Positions 36,828-52,719 are shown, counted from the stretch's first letter. The stretch is DNA of 64,000 bases from Macrostomum lignano (GCA_002269645.1 NIVC01001104.1:124001-188000); one strand, 5' to 3'. Notes: generated by a model from the sequence alone, not told the origin. Numbers and translations are program-made.

Positions 36828-39800
36828 ATGTCTGAACTCGAAATGGAGCAGCAGATGGAGCAGCAGCTTGAGCAGCAGTTTGAGCAGCAGCTTGAGCAGC
36901 AGCTTGAGCAGCAGCTTGAGCAGCGGACCAATTCCGCTCCAATCGTCGTTGACGAAGAGTTCAACGAGGAGTGCCTGGAGGCGCACAACGAATGCCGGGA
37001 ACTGCACGGCTGTCCACCGTTGGAGCTGTCGGAGAAGCTGGCTAGGAGTGCTCAGGCTTGGGCCAACCACCTGGCCAGTCTTGGCCGGCTGCAGCACAGC
37101 ACGCCCAACCGAGAGGCAGCTACGGCGAGAACATAGCCATGAAGATGGTGCAGGGCAGTCAGGAGTACAGGGGCAGTCAGTGCACGGCGCAGTGGTACTC
37201 GGAGATTGAGATGTACGACTTCAACGGCGGAGAGAACCAGATGAATTGCGGTGAGTTGAGAACTACCTGCCTGGCTGGGGCACCGATGCTGTAGTTACCT
37301 GCCTGGCTGGGGTGGAGGGGCTGGGGAAACCGATGCTGTAGTTATCTCCCTGGCTGGAGTGGAGGGGCTGGGGCACCGATGCTGTAGTTATATCCCTGGC
37401 TGGGGTGGAGGGGCTGGGGGCACCGATGCTGTAGTTATATCCCTGGCTGGGGTGGAGGGGCTGGGGGCACCGATGCTGTAGTTATATCCCTGGCTGGGGT
37501 GGAGGGGCTGGGGGCACCGATGCTGTAATTATCTACCTGGCTGGGGTGGAGGGGCTGGGGCACCGATGCTCTAATTATCTACCTGGCTGGGGTGGAGGGT
37601 CTGGGGCACCGATTATCTACCTGGGGCATCGATGCTGCAATTATCTGCTGTCCCGTGTTAACTGCAGGTCACTTCTCTCAGGTGGTGTGGAAGAGCACCA
37701 AGGAGGCCGGCTTCGGGAAGGCGATGGCACCAGACGGCAAGATGTTTACAGTCGGGCAGTACTCTCCCCCGGGAAACTTCATGAACAAGTGGCGCGCCAA
37801 CATTCCCGCGCCCCTGTCTGGTGAGATTTGGGTGCCGACGCGCGACGATATCAGTGAGTGCCAAGATGACATAAATTGTTAAATCGTTTCATTCTGCAAG
37901 GTTGAAGATTCAGAGAATGAGCTGCAATGAGAAGGGGAAGAGAGACTGGAGATGAGATGGGAAAGAGAGACTGGAAATGAGATACGGAAGAGAGACTGGA
38001 GATTAGATGAGGAAGAGAGACTGGAGATGAGATGAGAGAGAGAGAGACTGGAGATGAGATGGGGAAGAGAGACTGGAGATGAGATGAGAGAGAGAGACTG
38101 GAGATGAGATGGGGAAGAGAGACTGGAGATTAGATGAGGAAGAGAGACTGGAGATGAGATGAGAGAGAGAGAGACTGGAGATGAGATGGGGAAGAGAGAC
38201 TGGAGATGAGATGAGAGAGAGAGAGAGACTGGAGATGAGATGGGGAAGAGAGACTGGAGATGAGATGAGAGAGAGAGACTGGAGATGAGATGGGGAAGGA
38301 GACTGGAGATGAGATGAGAGAGAGAGACTGGAGATGAGATGAGGAAAAGAGAGCCTGTAGATGAGATGGGTAAGAGAGACTATAGATAAAGATGGAGTGA
38401 GACTGCAGATGAAAAGAATGGACAGGTGGAGCATTATCCAGTCCCTTGTCACGAACAGTGGGCGGCCAAAGCTCGCAGCAGCAGCAGCAGCCGCAGCAGC
38501 CGCAGCAGTACATCAAGCAGCAGCCGCAGCAGCCGCAGCAGTACATCAAGCAGCAGCCGCAGCAGCCACAGCAGTACATCAAGCAGCAGCCGCAGCAGCC
38601 GCAGCAGCCCCAGCAGTCAGTCATCAGCCAAGGAGGCGGCCAGGAACCCGACCCGGCCGATCCGAGTGACCGGCCGGTTGGCAAAGCCACGAAAACTCGA
38701 ATTGTGAACGGCGAGAAGACCGTGACGGTGACGGTGACCTTCGCCAGGCCGGACGGAAGTCGCTACCAGCTGTCGAAGGAGACCACGACTAGTCAGGACG
38801 GCGGCTCCCAGCCGGCGCGCCCCGACATCGGCCAGGAGATGATCATCCAGCCGACTCGATTTCGTCGAAATTTTGCCGCTCCGCCGACGGTGTCTGGCAA
38901 TGACGGCGGCGGCGAAGACGACGCCGAGCTTAGAGAGACATTCGCTGACGAGGTGGCCAAGCAGCACAACGAGCTGCGCAGGAGGCACGGAGCTCCGGAG
39001 CTTCGCCGATCGAAGTCTTTGGACCGGCTGGCGCAGAGCTGGGCCGAGTTGCTCAGCCAGTCGGGGAGGCTGCAGCATCGCCCAGCCGAGGACTTCAACG
39101 ACGCCAGCGTTGGGCAGAATATCGCGAAGAGGCCGGCGGAGGACACCAGCGGGTGGGACTGGCGGCAGGCTGGCAGGCAGCTGGTGCTGCAGTGGTACGG
39201 CGAGAGACACCGGTTCGACTTCGGGAGGCCCGACCCTGGCGACATATGCGGAGGTGCGTAGCCGGGCTTGGTCTGGCATCTCTACCCTCTGAGGGCCGTT
39301 TGGGGCTGGCATCTCTACCCTCTGAGGGCCGTTTGGGGCTGGCATCTCTACCCTCGGAGGGCCGTTTGGGGCTGGCATCTCTACCCTCGGAGGGCCGTTT
39401 GGGGCTGGCATCTCTACCCTCTGAGGGCCGTTTGGGGCTGTTACCTTTACCTTCTGGGGGTGTGGATAGGCTGGTCTGTAGGTATCCAGAGTAGAGTTCC
39501 GTGTGTTTGGTTCCGTGTGTATGTAGGGTCTGGTTCCGTGTGTATGTAGGGTTTGGTTCCGTGTGTACATTGGGTCTGGTTCCGTGTGTATGTAGGGTTT
39601 GGTTCCGTGTGTATGTAGGGTCTGTTTCCGTGTGTATGTAGGGTTTGGTTCCGTGTGTATGTAGGGTCTGTTTCCGTGTGTACATTGGGTCTGGTTCCGT
39701 GTGTATGTAGGGTCTGGTTCCGTGTGTATGTAGGGTTTGGTTACGTGTGTATGTAGGGTTTGGTTCCGTGTGTATGTAGGGTTTGGTTCCGTGTCTATGT

Positions 39801-40869
39801 AGGGTTTGGTTCCTTGTGTATGTAGGGTTTGGTTCCGTGTGTATGTAGGGTTTGGTTCCGTGTGTATGTAGGGTTTGGTTCCGTGTCTATGTAGGGTTTG
39901 GTTCCGTGTGTATGTAGGGTTTGGTTCCGTGTCTATGTAGGGTTTGGTTCCGTGTGTATGTAGGGTTTGGTTCCGTGTGCATGTAGGGTTTGGTTCCGTG
40001 TGTATGTAGGGTTTGGTTCCGTGTGTATGTAGGGTCTGTTTCCGTGTGTACATTGGGTCTGGTTCCGTGTGTATGTAGGGTCTGGTTCCGTGTGTATGTA
40101 GGGTTTGGTTCCGTGTGTATGTAGGGTTTGGTTCCGTGTCTATGTAGGGTTTGGTTCCGTGTGTATGTAGGGTTTGGTTCCGTGTCTATGTAGGGTTTGG
40201 TTCCGTGTGTATGTAGGGTTTGGTTCCGTGTGCATGTAGGGTTTGGTTCCGTGTGTATGTAGGGTTTGGTTCCGTGTGTATGTAGGGTCTGTTTCCGTGT
40301 GTACATTGGGTCTGGTTCCGTGTGTATGTAGGGTCTGGTTCCGTGTGTATGTAGGGTTTGGTTACGTGTGTATGTAGGGTTTGGTTCCGTGTGTATGTAG
40401 GGTTTGGTTCCGTGTCTATGTAGGGTTTGGTTCCTTGTGTATGTAGGGTTTGGTTCCGTGTGTATGTAGGGTTTGGTTCCGTGTGTATGTAGGGTTTGGT
40501 TCCGTGTCTATGTAGGGTTTGGTTCCGTGTGTATGTAGGGTTTGGTTCCGTGTCTATGTAGGGTTTGGTTCCGTGTGTATGTAGGGTTTGGTTCCGTGTG
40601 CATGTAGGGTTTGGTTCCGTGTGTATGTAGGGTTGGTTCCGTGCGTACTAGGGTCTGGTTTTGCTGGTATCATGATGTGGTGCATTCCAAAATGCATTAT
40701 TTTCACAACAGGTCACTTCAGCCAGCTGGTTTGGTGCTCCTCCGAGGACCTGGGCGTCGGGCTGGCCGTGGACCCGGACACCGGAGACCAGTACGCCGCC
40801 TGCTTTTACCGGCCTGGCGGAAATCTGGCCGGCCAATTTGCCGATAACGTGCTGCCAAGCTACGATTAA
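36828..40869 (+). CDS. Double CAP/SCP-domain protein (GAPR-1-like, no signal peptide), join(36828..37250,37668..37820,38459..39253,40712..40869), ~509 aa after correcting one frameshift near 37110
   Basis: Domain 1 AHNECRELHG, GENIA, QWYSE, GHFSQVVW, QYSPPGN; domain 2 QHNELRRRHG, GQNIA, QWYGE, GHFSQLVW, FYRPGGN. All three introns are GT-AG and phase 1; Gln/Pro-rich linker. Could alternatively be two genes (in-frame stop at 37882 if the 37821 donor is not used). Confidence 0.85.
37265..37650. repeat. ~46 bp G-rich minisatellite in CAP intron 1
   Basis: GGCTGGGGTGGAGGGGCTGGGGGCACCGATGCTGTAGTTATATCCCT, about 8 copies. Confidence 0.9.
37930..38400. repeat. GA-rich repeat (GAGAGACTGGAGATGAGATG) in CAP intron 2
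   Basis: Direct inspection. Confidence 0.9.
39270..40650. repeat. 33 bp array (39270-39440) then 23 bp array (GTGTGTATGTAGGGTTTGGTTCC)n (39500-40650) in CAP intron 3
   Basis: Direct inspection; about 50 copies of the 23-mer. Confidence 0.93.
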
Positions 40870-41269
40870 AAATCTGACAATATTCAACTTTACTACTGTT
40901 GTTCTAAGTAGCGTGACGCAGCAACTTTTTCTTTTTGAGTAGTATACCTGCAACTAGCCATAATTAAGCAAAAATGTAAAACTGTTTCTATGCAGATGGA
41001 CTGACACTACTGCTGTGTATATATCAGTAGTATGATGCAGACATGTTTCTTACTGTTCACACTGTGGTGAAATAATTAGGCAACATTGAGTTTTGGTTAG
41101 ATCTGATCACAAGCATTATTATTACATGTTTCTAAATGAAAAATTTTTATAATAAACTCATCAAGTCTTCATAACTCTTGCAGGCTCTAACAAACATGCG
41201 CTTGTATTTTTTGTTATAATATTTCCACGCATTCACTTGCTTTTCTAGACAGTGCCTAGACTCTACTAG

Positions 41270-42960
41270 TTAGTGTTTAGCCTCAGATAGAGTGTTTAGT
41301 CTCTAGAATAAAGTGCTTAGACTCTAGATAGTTCTTATAGTCTCTAGATAAGAGTGCTCAGTTTCTAGATAGAGTTTTTAGTCTCTAAGCCTAGCAGTGC
41401 CTGGCTCTGCCAGAGCGACACGCTGGCGCAGTTCCTCTTCGTGCTGCTCCTGGACTGGGTGCTTCGGACCGCACTCCCCTCGGCTGACGACGGCTTCCTG
41501 CTGCGCAGACGCATCGGTCGCCGCCACAGCGAAAAGCGCCTAAGCGTGCTTGGCTACGCCGACGACCTCGCCCTCCTGTCCTCATCCGTTGAAGGCGCCC
41601 AGCGCCAAATCGACAGGCTGGTCGATGTGGCATCGAGCGTCGGTCTGGTCGTCAACACGCTGAAGACCGAGGTGCTGACTGTGCTGGCCGACATCCCAGC
41701 GGACCTGACGTGCCGCGGCGCAGACGGGCAGACGACCAGGCTCGCACGCTGCCAGCGGTTCACCTACCTCGGCGGTCTGGTGCCCCACGTGGAAGAGGAC
41801 CTCCGGCGGCGCAGAGGACTTGCCTGGGCGGTCTTCCGTTCGATCCGGGCCGTCCTCCAGTCCGAAGCGCTGCCCGACCGCCAGAGTGCTCGGCTGTGGC
41901 AGGCGATGGTCGAAACCGTCCTGCTATGCAACGCCGAGACGTGGACGCCGACGGCTACGCTGGAGCGGCAGCTGGACTCGGCGCACTCAGGGCTGCTCCC
42001 TGCGGCCTTTCGAGCTGACGAGAGCGTCGGGACCGAGGCCCTGTACGATCGGGCCAAGCTGCAGCGGCGCGGCGGCGACTTCAACTGGCGGGCCACGTGA
42101 TCCGGGCCGAGGGCTACTGCCCCCAACCTGTTCAGGACGTCCTGCTGCTCACCTTGCAGGGTCCGTTCAGGGGGGGGGTCAGGCCCAAACCCGTCGATAC
42201 GTGGACTGCCTGCTGTGCGACACTGGGGCGCCCGACACTGCCAACGGAGCGGACTTCATCCGCTCCCAGGCTCTGCGGCGCGCCATCTGACGCACCCTGC
42301 TCTAAATGTGACCTTGCTTGCTGCGTACTTTGTTTTTGTTGTTAGTCTCCAGATAGAGTGCTTAGTCTCCAGATAGAGTGCTTAGTCTCCAGATAGAGTG
42401 CTTAGTCTCCAGATAGAGTGCTTAGTCTCCAGATAGAGTGCTTAGTCTCCAGATAGAGTGCTTAGTCTCCAGATAAAGTGCTTAGTCTCCAGATAGAGTG
42501 CTTAGTCTCCAGATAAAGTGCTTAGTCTCCAGATAGAGTGCTTAGTCTCCAGATAGAGTGCTTAGTCTCCAGATAGTGTTTAGTCTCCAGATAGAGTGCT
42601 TAGTCTCCAGATAGAGTGTTTAGTCTCCAGATAGAGTGCTTAGTCTCCAGATAGAGTGTTTAGTCTCCAGATAGAGTGCTTAGTCTCCAGATAGAGTGCT
42701 TAGTCTCCAGATAAAGTGCTTAGTCTCCAGATAGAGTGCTTAGTCTCCAGATAGAGTGTTTAGTCTCCAGATAGAGGGCTTAGTCTCCAGATGGAGTGCT
42801 TAGTCTCCAGATAGAGTGCTTAGTCTCCAGATAGAGTGCTTAGTCTCCAGATGAAGTGCTTAGTCTCTATGTAGAAACTAGCAGCGACTGCAGTATCTAG
42901 AGACTAAGCACTCTATCTAAAGTCTCCAAGATAGTGTTTAGCTTCCGGACGGAGTGCTCA
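41270..42960. repeat. 20 bp minisatellite (TAGTCTCCAGATAGAGTGCT)n, split by an RTE insertion
   Basis: Degenerate units at 41270-41390; homogeneous units at 42345-42860, degenerating to 42960. Confidence 0.9.
41395..42340 (+). mobile_element. 5'-truncated RTE-like LINE fragment (RT C-terminal half)
   Basis: QSDTLAQFLFVLLLDWVLR, LGYADDLALL, LVVNTLKTEV, FTYLGG, LLCNAETWT, then (frameshifted) RRLQLAGHVIR. Confidence 0.88.
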
Positions 42961-43222
42961 GTGTCTCTGCAAAGCACGGAAAAACCAAACTACGAGGCAA
43001 GCCTCTCACGAAACAAAATTAGCTAAATACTCTACTATCAGTAAAAATTAGCACAATTTCAGTACAAATTAATCACGCAACTGCTCAGCAATCCACCGCT
43101 TCCCTTGGACAGCCAATCGAGCAAGCCGGTATGCCGGGCATTAAAGCGCCGGCTCAGTCCAAACACTGGCATTGAGCACAGAGACAACTCAATTTCTCGG
43201 CATCAAGTTCACCATAGACAAG

Positions 43223-45419
<2,197 letters not shown>

Positions 45420-45454
45420 GCCTGCGATGCACTGCGCTGGAGTGCTCAGCTGAT

Positions 45455-46345
45455 TGAGAGGCTGGCCCAGCAACTGGGGATCTGAGAGGCTGACCCAGCA
45501 ACTGGGGAACTGCATGGGAGGCTGGCCCAGCAACTGAGGATCTGAGAGGCTGGCCCAGCAACTGAGGATCTGGGAGGCTGACCCAGCAACTGAGGACCTG
45601 AGAGGCTGGCAGCCCAGCAACTGGGGATCTGGGAGGCTGGCCCAGCAACTGAGGATCTGCATGGGAGGCTGGCCCAGCAACTGGGGATCTGCATGGGAGG
45701 CTGACCCAGCAACTGGGGATCTGCATGGGAGGCTGGCCCAGCAACTGAGGATCTGGGAGGCTGGCCCAGCAACTGGGGAACTGCATGGGAGGCTGGCCCA
45801 GCAACTGGGGAACTGCATGGGAGGCTGGCCCAGCAACTGAGGATCTGAGAGGCTGGCCCAGCAACTGAGGATCTGGGAGGCTGGCCCAGCAACTGAGGAT
45901 CTGGGAGGCTGACCCAGCAACTGAGGACCTGAGAGGCTGGCAGCCCAGCAACTGGGGATCTGGGAGGCTGGCCCAGCAACTGAGGATCTGCATGGGAGGC
46001 TGGCCCAGCAACTGGGGATCTGCATGGGAGGCTGGCCCAGCAACTGAGGATCTGAGAGGCTAGCCCAGCAACTGAGGATCTGAGAGGCTGGCCCAGCAAC
46101 TGAGGATCTGAGAGGCTGGCCCAGCAACTGAGGATCTGCATGGGAGGCTGGCCCAGCAACTGGGGATCTGCATGGGAGGCTGGCCCAGCAACTGAGGATC
46201 TGAGAGGCTGGCCCAGCAACTGAGGATCTGAGAGGCTGGCCCAGCAACTGAGGATCTGAGAGGCTGGCCCAGCAACTGAGGATCTGAGAGGCTGGCCCAG
46301 CAACTGGGGATCTGGGAGGCTGGCCCAGCAACTGGGGATGTGGGA
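45455..46345 (+). repeat. 28/32 bp minisatellite, same family as in the kinase intron
   Basis: CTGGCCCAGCAACTGAGGATCTGAGAGG plus GCATGG-containing variants, starting about 35 bp after the GPCR stop. Confidence 0.95.
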
Positions 46346-46553
46346 GGGTGTTAATAGCTATTTATCTGAGATTGCCGGTACTAGAGTCTACAGAGTTACA
46401 GTAAAGAACAAAACCTATATTTTAAGAAGCAAAGCACAGATTTAAATATTTCACTTTGTTTGATTCCCTCTCGCGTCATTTGCTGCTGCAATTTACGAAA
46501 TATTGAGCTTTGAAGATGGACATCAGGCGCTCGCTTTACTTTGTTAGTCGGCT

Positions 46554-46754
46554 TCAAACCATCGTTAAAAATATTTTGTGTTTTTTTTTATCTAAGACTC
46601 TATTCACCAGTGACTCATTAATATGTAAATATGCGAAATTTTCCCAGACAGAGGAAGGTCTACTTCTCCTCATGATTTTTTCTAGTTGATGACGCTGATA
46701 GCGGCGCATTAATTCATCAATCTGCATATCGCTATTCACGGTCATATTTGTCAT
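46554..46754 (-). CDS. Unidentified short ORF or exon (66 aa)
   Basis: Non-repetitive frame QIDELMRRYQRHQLEKIMRRSRPSSVWENFAYL; no family recognised. Confidence 0.3.
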   Translation of the reverse strand: MTNMTVNSDMQIDELMRRYQRHQLEKIMRRSRPSSVWENFAYLHINESLVNRVLDKKKHKIFLTMV

Positions 46755-46969
46755 TATATAGTGCTCGGCTCTTCCTTCAGTTCTCCGTCTGGTGCTTCCT
46801 CTCGGTCATTGGGGGGTATTTTATTTTTTGTCGGCTGGGCATTCCGATTAAAAACATGAAAGGCTCACCGGGGAACCGAACCTGGACTACTGAGCAAACC
46901 ATGGACTACTAAAATCTAGCTTCTGGAATGGAGGCTAGAGTCAGGACTGTAAACTAGCTCGTACTCCAT

Positions 46970-47545
46970 GTATATCGGATTGAACCATGTACAGTTATAT
47001 TTAAGAATCTGGAATGGAAACTACTATACCGGATTGAACCATGGACAGCTATATTCAAGAATCTGGAATGGAAACTACTATACCGGATTGAACCATGGAC
47101 AGCTATATTCAAGATTCTGGAATGGAAACTACTATACCGGATTGAACCATGGACAGCTATATTCAAGAATCTGGAATGGAAACTACTATATCGGATTGAA
47201 CCATGGGCAGCTATATTCAAGAATCTGGAATGGAAACTACTATACCGGATTGAACCATGGACAGCTATATTCAAGAATCTGGAATGGAAACTACTATACC
47301 GGATTGAACCATGGACAGCTATATTCAAGATTCTGGAATGGAAACTACTATACCGGATTGAACCATGGACAGCTATATTCAAGAATCTGGAATGGAAACT
47401 ACTATATCGGATTGAACCATGGGCAGCTATATTCAAGAATCTGGAATGGAAACTACTGTACCGGATTGAACCATGGACAGCTATATTCAAGAATCTGGAA
47501 TGGAAACTACTGTACCGGATTGAACCATGGACAGCTATTATCGAG
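46970..47545. repeat. 54 bp minisatellite, ~11 copies
   Basis: CCATGGACAGCTATATTCAAGAATCTGGAATGGAAACTACTATACCGGATTGAA. Confidence 0.95.
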
Positions 47546-48024
47546 AATTCGGAATGAAAACTGCTTTGTCTCCTAGCTGGTAATTCAACCGTCATTCGGG
47601 TATAGAAAAATCAAAGATTTTTAGAAGATTTCGAAGTTGCTCTTGAAGTCTTGTAGCACGGAATTCCATAGACCAAGAAGGAAAGGGCTAGTTGCTATGG
47701 CGAAGTCCCTGTTCAAACCTTTAATAGCAAATTTTTCTTTAATAAAAAACTTTGCCAGAAATTCCCGAGCACTTCCTGCCAGATCCTTGCTTTGGGGAAG
47801 CGGAGGCTGACCGCGTGGTCCGTTTTTACAATGGGCTGAAGCACCGACTAAAAGCGAAATTGTGCGTATGGAAAGATGAATGAGGAAAGTCTGCTTGTGC
47901 AGGAAGGATGTGGCCCTGCACTGGGCTTACAGAGAGGATGCATTGTCTTCTGCTTTTGCTGGCTCGTGCCTGTGAAACTGGGGATTGGGATTATTTGGCT
48001 AGGGGCGGGGACGAAAACTTAGGG

Positions 48025-49175
48025 TAGTGAGAGTGACAGATGGTTTGTGAGTGAGAGTGACAGATGGTTAGTGAGTGAGAGTGACAGATGGTTAGTGAGT
48101 GAGAGTGACAGATGGTTAGTGAGTGAGAGTGACAGATGTTTAGTGAGTGAGAGTGACAGATGGTTAGTGAGTGAGAGTGACAGGTGGTTAGTGAGTGAGA
48201 GTGACAGATGGTTAGTGAGTGAGAGTGACAGGTGGTTAGTGAGTGAGAGTGACAGATGGTTAGTGAGTGAGAGTGACAGATGGTTAGTGAGTGAGAGTGA
48301 CAGATGGTTAGTGAATGGGAGTGACAGATGGTTAGTGGGGGAAAGTGATAGTGAAAGATGGTTAGTGGGTGAAAGTGAGAGTGAAAGATGGTTAGTGGGT
48401 GAAAGTGAGAGTGACAGATGGTTAGTGGGTGAAAGTGAGAGTGACAGATGGTTAATGGGTTAAAGTGAGAGTGACAGATAGTTATTGGGTGAAAGTGAGA
48501 GTGACAGATGGTTAATGGGTGAAAGTGAGAGTGACAGATGGTTAGTGGGTGAAAGTGAGAGTGACAGATGGTTATTGGGTGAAAGTGAGAGTGACAGATG
48601 GTTAATGGGTGAAAGTGAGAGTGAAAGATGGTTAGTGGGTGAAAGTGAGCGTGACAGATGGTTAATGGGTGAAAGTGATAGTGACAGATGGTTAGTGAGT
48701 GAGAGCGACAGATGGTTAGTGAATGGGAGTGACAGATGGTTAGTGAGTGAGAGCGACAGTTGGTTAGTGGGTGAAAGTGAGAGTGACAGATGGTTAATGG
48801 GTTAAAGTGAGAGTGACAGATGGTTAATGGGTTAAAGTGAGAGTGACAGATGGTTAGTGGGTGAAAGCGAGAGGGACAGATGGTTAATGGGTGAAAGTGA
48901 TAGTGACAGATGGTTTAGTGGGTGAAAGTGAGAGTGACAGATGGTTAATGGGTTAAAGTGAGAGTGACAGATGGTTATTGGGTGAAAGCGAGAGTGACAG
49001 ATGATTAATGGGTGAAAGTGAGAGTGACAGATGGTTAATGGGTTAAAGTGAGAGTGACAGATGGTTATTGGGTGAAAGTGAGAGTGACAGATGGTTATTG
49101 GGTGAAAGTGAGAGTGACAGATGGTTATTGGGTGAAAGTGAGAGTGACAGATGGTTATTGGGTGAAAGTGAGAGT
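48025..49175. repeat. 24/30 bp minisatellite (GAGAGTGACAGATGGTTAGTGAGT / ...GGGTGAAAGT)
   Basis: Direct inspection. Confidence 0.95.
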
Positions 49176-49564
49176 GTAGCACGTGACCTCTGTTTGATTC
49201 CATGCGTTCTCTATTTTCTAAGACATGAGCAGGATCGGCTCAGGCTCTTTGATGGAGACGATGAAAACCCGTCACTCCAGCTCCGTCATGCATAATTGAC
49301 TTTTCCAGTTGAGCTGGCGGCTGACGCTCAGTGCAAACTTTGACACTACGTTTCCGTCTATTAGTTGCACCGACGAGTGCTGGCGAGACACCTCACCTGC
49401 TCACATGGCAGGCACCAGCCTTTCTCCGTTTTCAGCTCCCCTTTGGCAGGCATCCTTGAGCTCCTAAGCTGACTTCAGTTGGGAGTGCCAAACGAGGTGA
49501 GGAGAGCTCACCGCTCCTCCACTCACTCACAATGACTTACCTTGATAACTACCACCGAATATAC

Positions 49565-50550
49565 CATTTGCTCTACTCGATCATCTACTCGAAACTCTAC
49601 TCGATCATCTACTCGAAACTCTACTCGATCATCTACTCGAAACTCTACTCGATCATCTACTCGACACTCTACTCATCATCTACTAAACGCTCTACTCATC
49701 ATCTACTCGACGCTCTACTCGATCATCTACTAAACGCTCTACTCATCATCTACTCGACGCTCTACTCGATCATCTACTAAACGCTCTACTCATCATCTAC
49801 TCGACGCTCTACTCGATCATCTACTAAACGCTCTACTCATCATCTACTCGACGCTCTACTCGATCATCTACTCGACACTCTACTCGATCATCTACTCGAC
49901 ACTCTACTCGATCATCTACTCGACACTCTACTCATCATCTACTTGACACTCTACTCGATCATCTACTCGACACTCTACTCGATCATCTACTCGACACTCT
50001 ACTCGATCATCTACTTGACACTCTACTCGATCATCTACTTGACACTCTACTCGATCATCTACTTGACACTCTACTCGATCATCTACTCGACACTCTACTC
50101 GATCATCTACTCGACGCTCTACTCATCATCTACTCGACACTCTACTCGATCATCTACTCGACACTCTACTCATCATCTACTCGACACTCTACTCATCATC
50201 TACTTGACACTCTACTCGATCATCTACTCGACACTCTACACGATCATCTACTCGACACTCTACTCGATCATCTACTCGACACTCTACACGATCATCTACT
50301 CGACACTCTACTCGATCATCTACTCGACACTCTACTCGATCATCTACTCGACACTCTACTCATCATCTACTTGACACTCTACTCGATCATCTACTCGACA
50401 CTCTACTCGATCATCTACTCGACACTCTACTCGATCATCTACTTGACACTCTACTCGATCATCTACTCGACACTCTACTCGATCATCTACTCGACACTCT
50501 ACTCGATCATCTACTTGACACTCTACTCGATCATCTACTTGACACTCTAC
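49565..50550. repeat. 24 bp minisatellite (CTCTACTCGATCATCTACTCGACA)n
   Basis: About 40 copies. Confidence 0.95.
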
Positions 50551-50552
50551 TG

Positions 50553-50730
50553 CAGGGGTGGGCAAACTTTTACCTTAAGGGCCAGATAAAGAATCCAAGT
50601 CAAGCCTGCGCGCCAGGTGAGAGAGGAAAGGAGAGGAGAGAGTGAGAAGAGACACAAACCCTCAAACCTTGAGCGGGCCCGGATTGCTATTGTGAAGTTT
50701 CAAAGGACCCGAAGGCCCGGGTAGAGAGGC
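50553..50730 (+). mobile_element. hAT-like MITE (family copy 4) with short GA core
   Basis: Begins CAGGGGTGGGCAAACTTTTACCTTAAGGGCCAGATA; contains CCTTGAGCGGGCCCGGATTGCTATTGTGAAGTTTCAAAGGACCCG. Confidence 0.75.
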
Positions 50731-51454
50731 TTCGCACTCGACTGTCTATTGTACCCTCACACAGCTGTCTTCTTCTCCCCCTATTTATAATAATATAATA
50801 ATATTAATACATGTAATAGTACAAATAGCCATAAAACTATGCAATAGGACTGCATGTATTTTTTCTTTCGATTCTGGAGGCTCTCGGTTCGTGGACACTC
50901 GTTACAATATTTTTTAGTTCATCCGTAGAACACCTCATCCCAACAGACAAGGGCCCGACGGCAAACCCAAGTCTTCCTCTCCTTGAAGGAAACATTCCCA
51001 GAATTATAAATTAATAATAAATGAAATCATAAAAGGCCTGTCTATTGCCGGCTGACATTTTTCTTTGAACCGTAAATGCCCCTCATTATCATCATCATCA
51101 TCACAGACTCTGAGGACACTTCATTTAACTGATTGCGAGAGCAGCCCCAGACTCTTTGGTGCGGAAGCAGAATTTTGTAAACAGGACAAACAGTTCCCCA
51201 ATGATCCTGCTCGTTCGCTGCTTGATCACGTGACTTGTGCAGAAGGATGCTTGATTTGAATATCCAGTCTGTTTTACACTGCAGATTATGATAGAGAACG
51301 AAGGTGAATTTCTGTTAATCCACTGTGATCGTTATTCAATCAAATTAAATTGAAAATGAATGCCCGTTGAAATATGATCTTGATATGAAAATATTGAGAA
51401 GTGAATTTAGCGTGTACAGTTGTATGCTTTCAAGCAACATTTTTTTATTTTCAG

Positions 51455-52065
51455 TGTGAATGCTCTATCTTAATCGTGAATGTATTTTCTTAAGCGTGGA
51501 TGACTTTTATCTAAAGCGTGAATGTCTTTATCCTAGGTGTGAATGTCTTTATCTTAAGTGTGAATGTCTTTATCTTACGTGTGAATGTCTTTATCTTAAG
51601 TGTGAATGTCTTTATCTTAAGTGTGAATGTCTTTATCTTAAGTGTGAATGTCTTTATCTTAAGTGTGAATGTCTTTATCTTAAGTGTGAATGTCTTTATC
51701 TTAAGTGTGAATGTCTTTATCTAAAGCGTGAATGTATTTATCTTAAGCGTGAATGTCTTTATCTAAAGCGTGAATGTATTTATCTTAAGTGTGAATGTCT
51801 TTATCTAAAGCGTGAATGTATTTATCTTAAGCGTGAATGTCTTTATCTTAGGTGTAGATGTCAATGTCTTGATCTAAAGCGTGAATGTCTTTATCTTAAG
51901 TGTGAATGCCTTAATCTAAAGCGTTAATGCGTGAATGTCTTTATCTCAAGCGTGAATGCCTTTATCTTAAGCGTGAATGCCTTTATCTTAAGCGTGAATG
52001 CCTTTATCTTAAGCGTGAATGCCTTTATCTTAAGCGTGAATGCCCATATCTGAAGCGTGAGTAGA
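51455..52065. repeat. 21 bp minisatellite (AAGTGTGAATGTCTTTATCTT)n
   Basis: Direct inspection. Confidence 0.93.
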
Positions 52066-52719
52066 CAACAATTATTCACTATGGAAACTCGTACATTAAA
52101 ATTCATTACTGCATTTCGACGAAAAAGTTCTTCTATTAGGATCAGGGCAATAAGATTTGGCAGCTGAGAAATAAATTAGGAAACCTCAGAGCAGCTGCTA
52201 TGATCGCAGTTCATTTTCAATTTATTTAGAAGTTGGTCTGAGACCTCACAGACAGAGCGGGAGCTATCGATTAAACGCAGATTTGCGGATGCGAAAATTC
52301 TGGGAAGGTTTCCAAGAAAAAATGTACTTTTCCGCTCAGTTCCCGAAGGCCTGAATTGCTTGGTTTTCTAGGGTGGTTTAGGCAGCTGAGGAGCAACTCA
52401 ACAGTAAGCCTCCTGTCTCATTCAGCAGCCCCTTCATTATTAATGACTTCGAGTCCAGCAGGCATGCGAAACTCGAATTTGTCGAACCGACCCTCAGCCC
52501 CCCCCCCAGAACCGAGCTATATATGGAATGTATAGATTTATATCTCTATCTATCTATACATGAATTTTGAATACTAAATATCTCTGCTTGTTAGGCTAGC
52601 ATTGTAGTTTCACAGCAATCCCGCCGCTGAACCAAGGTGAACCAGCTCTACTTGCTCATCTGCTGGGATTGAATCTCTTTAAGTGAAGTGGGCGACTGAG
52701 ACCACTCACTGATCTGTCA

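Noticed and set aside
46860-46910. tRNA-like B-box (GGTTCGGTTCC on minus)
   Set aside because: No properly spaced A-box or cloverleaf.
46968-47576. 202 aa ORF of 18-residue repeats (TGLNHGQLYSRIWNGNYY) as a possible structural or adhesive protein
   Set aside because: Unit variants are mostly non-synonymous, an antisense frame is equally open, and there is no signal peptide; best explained as a 54 bp minisatellite.
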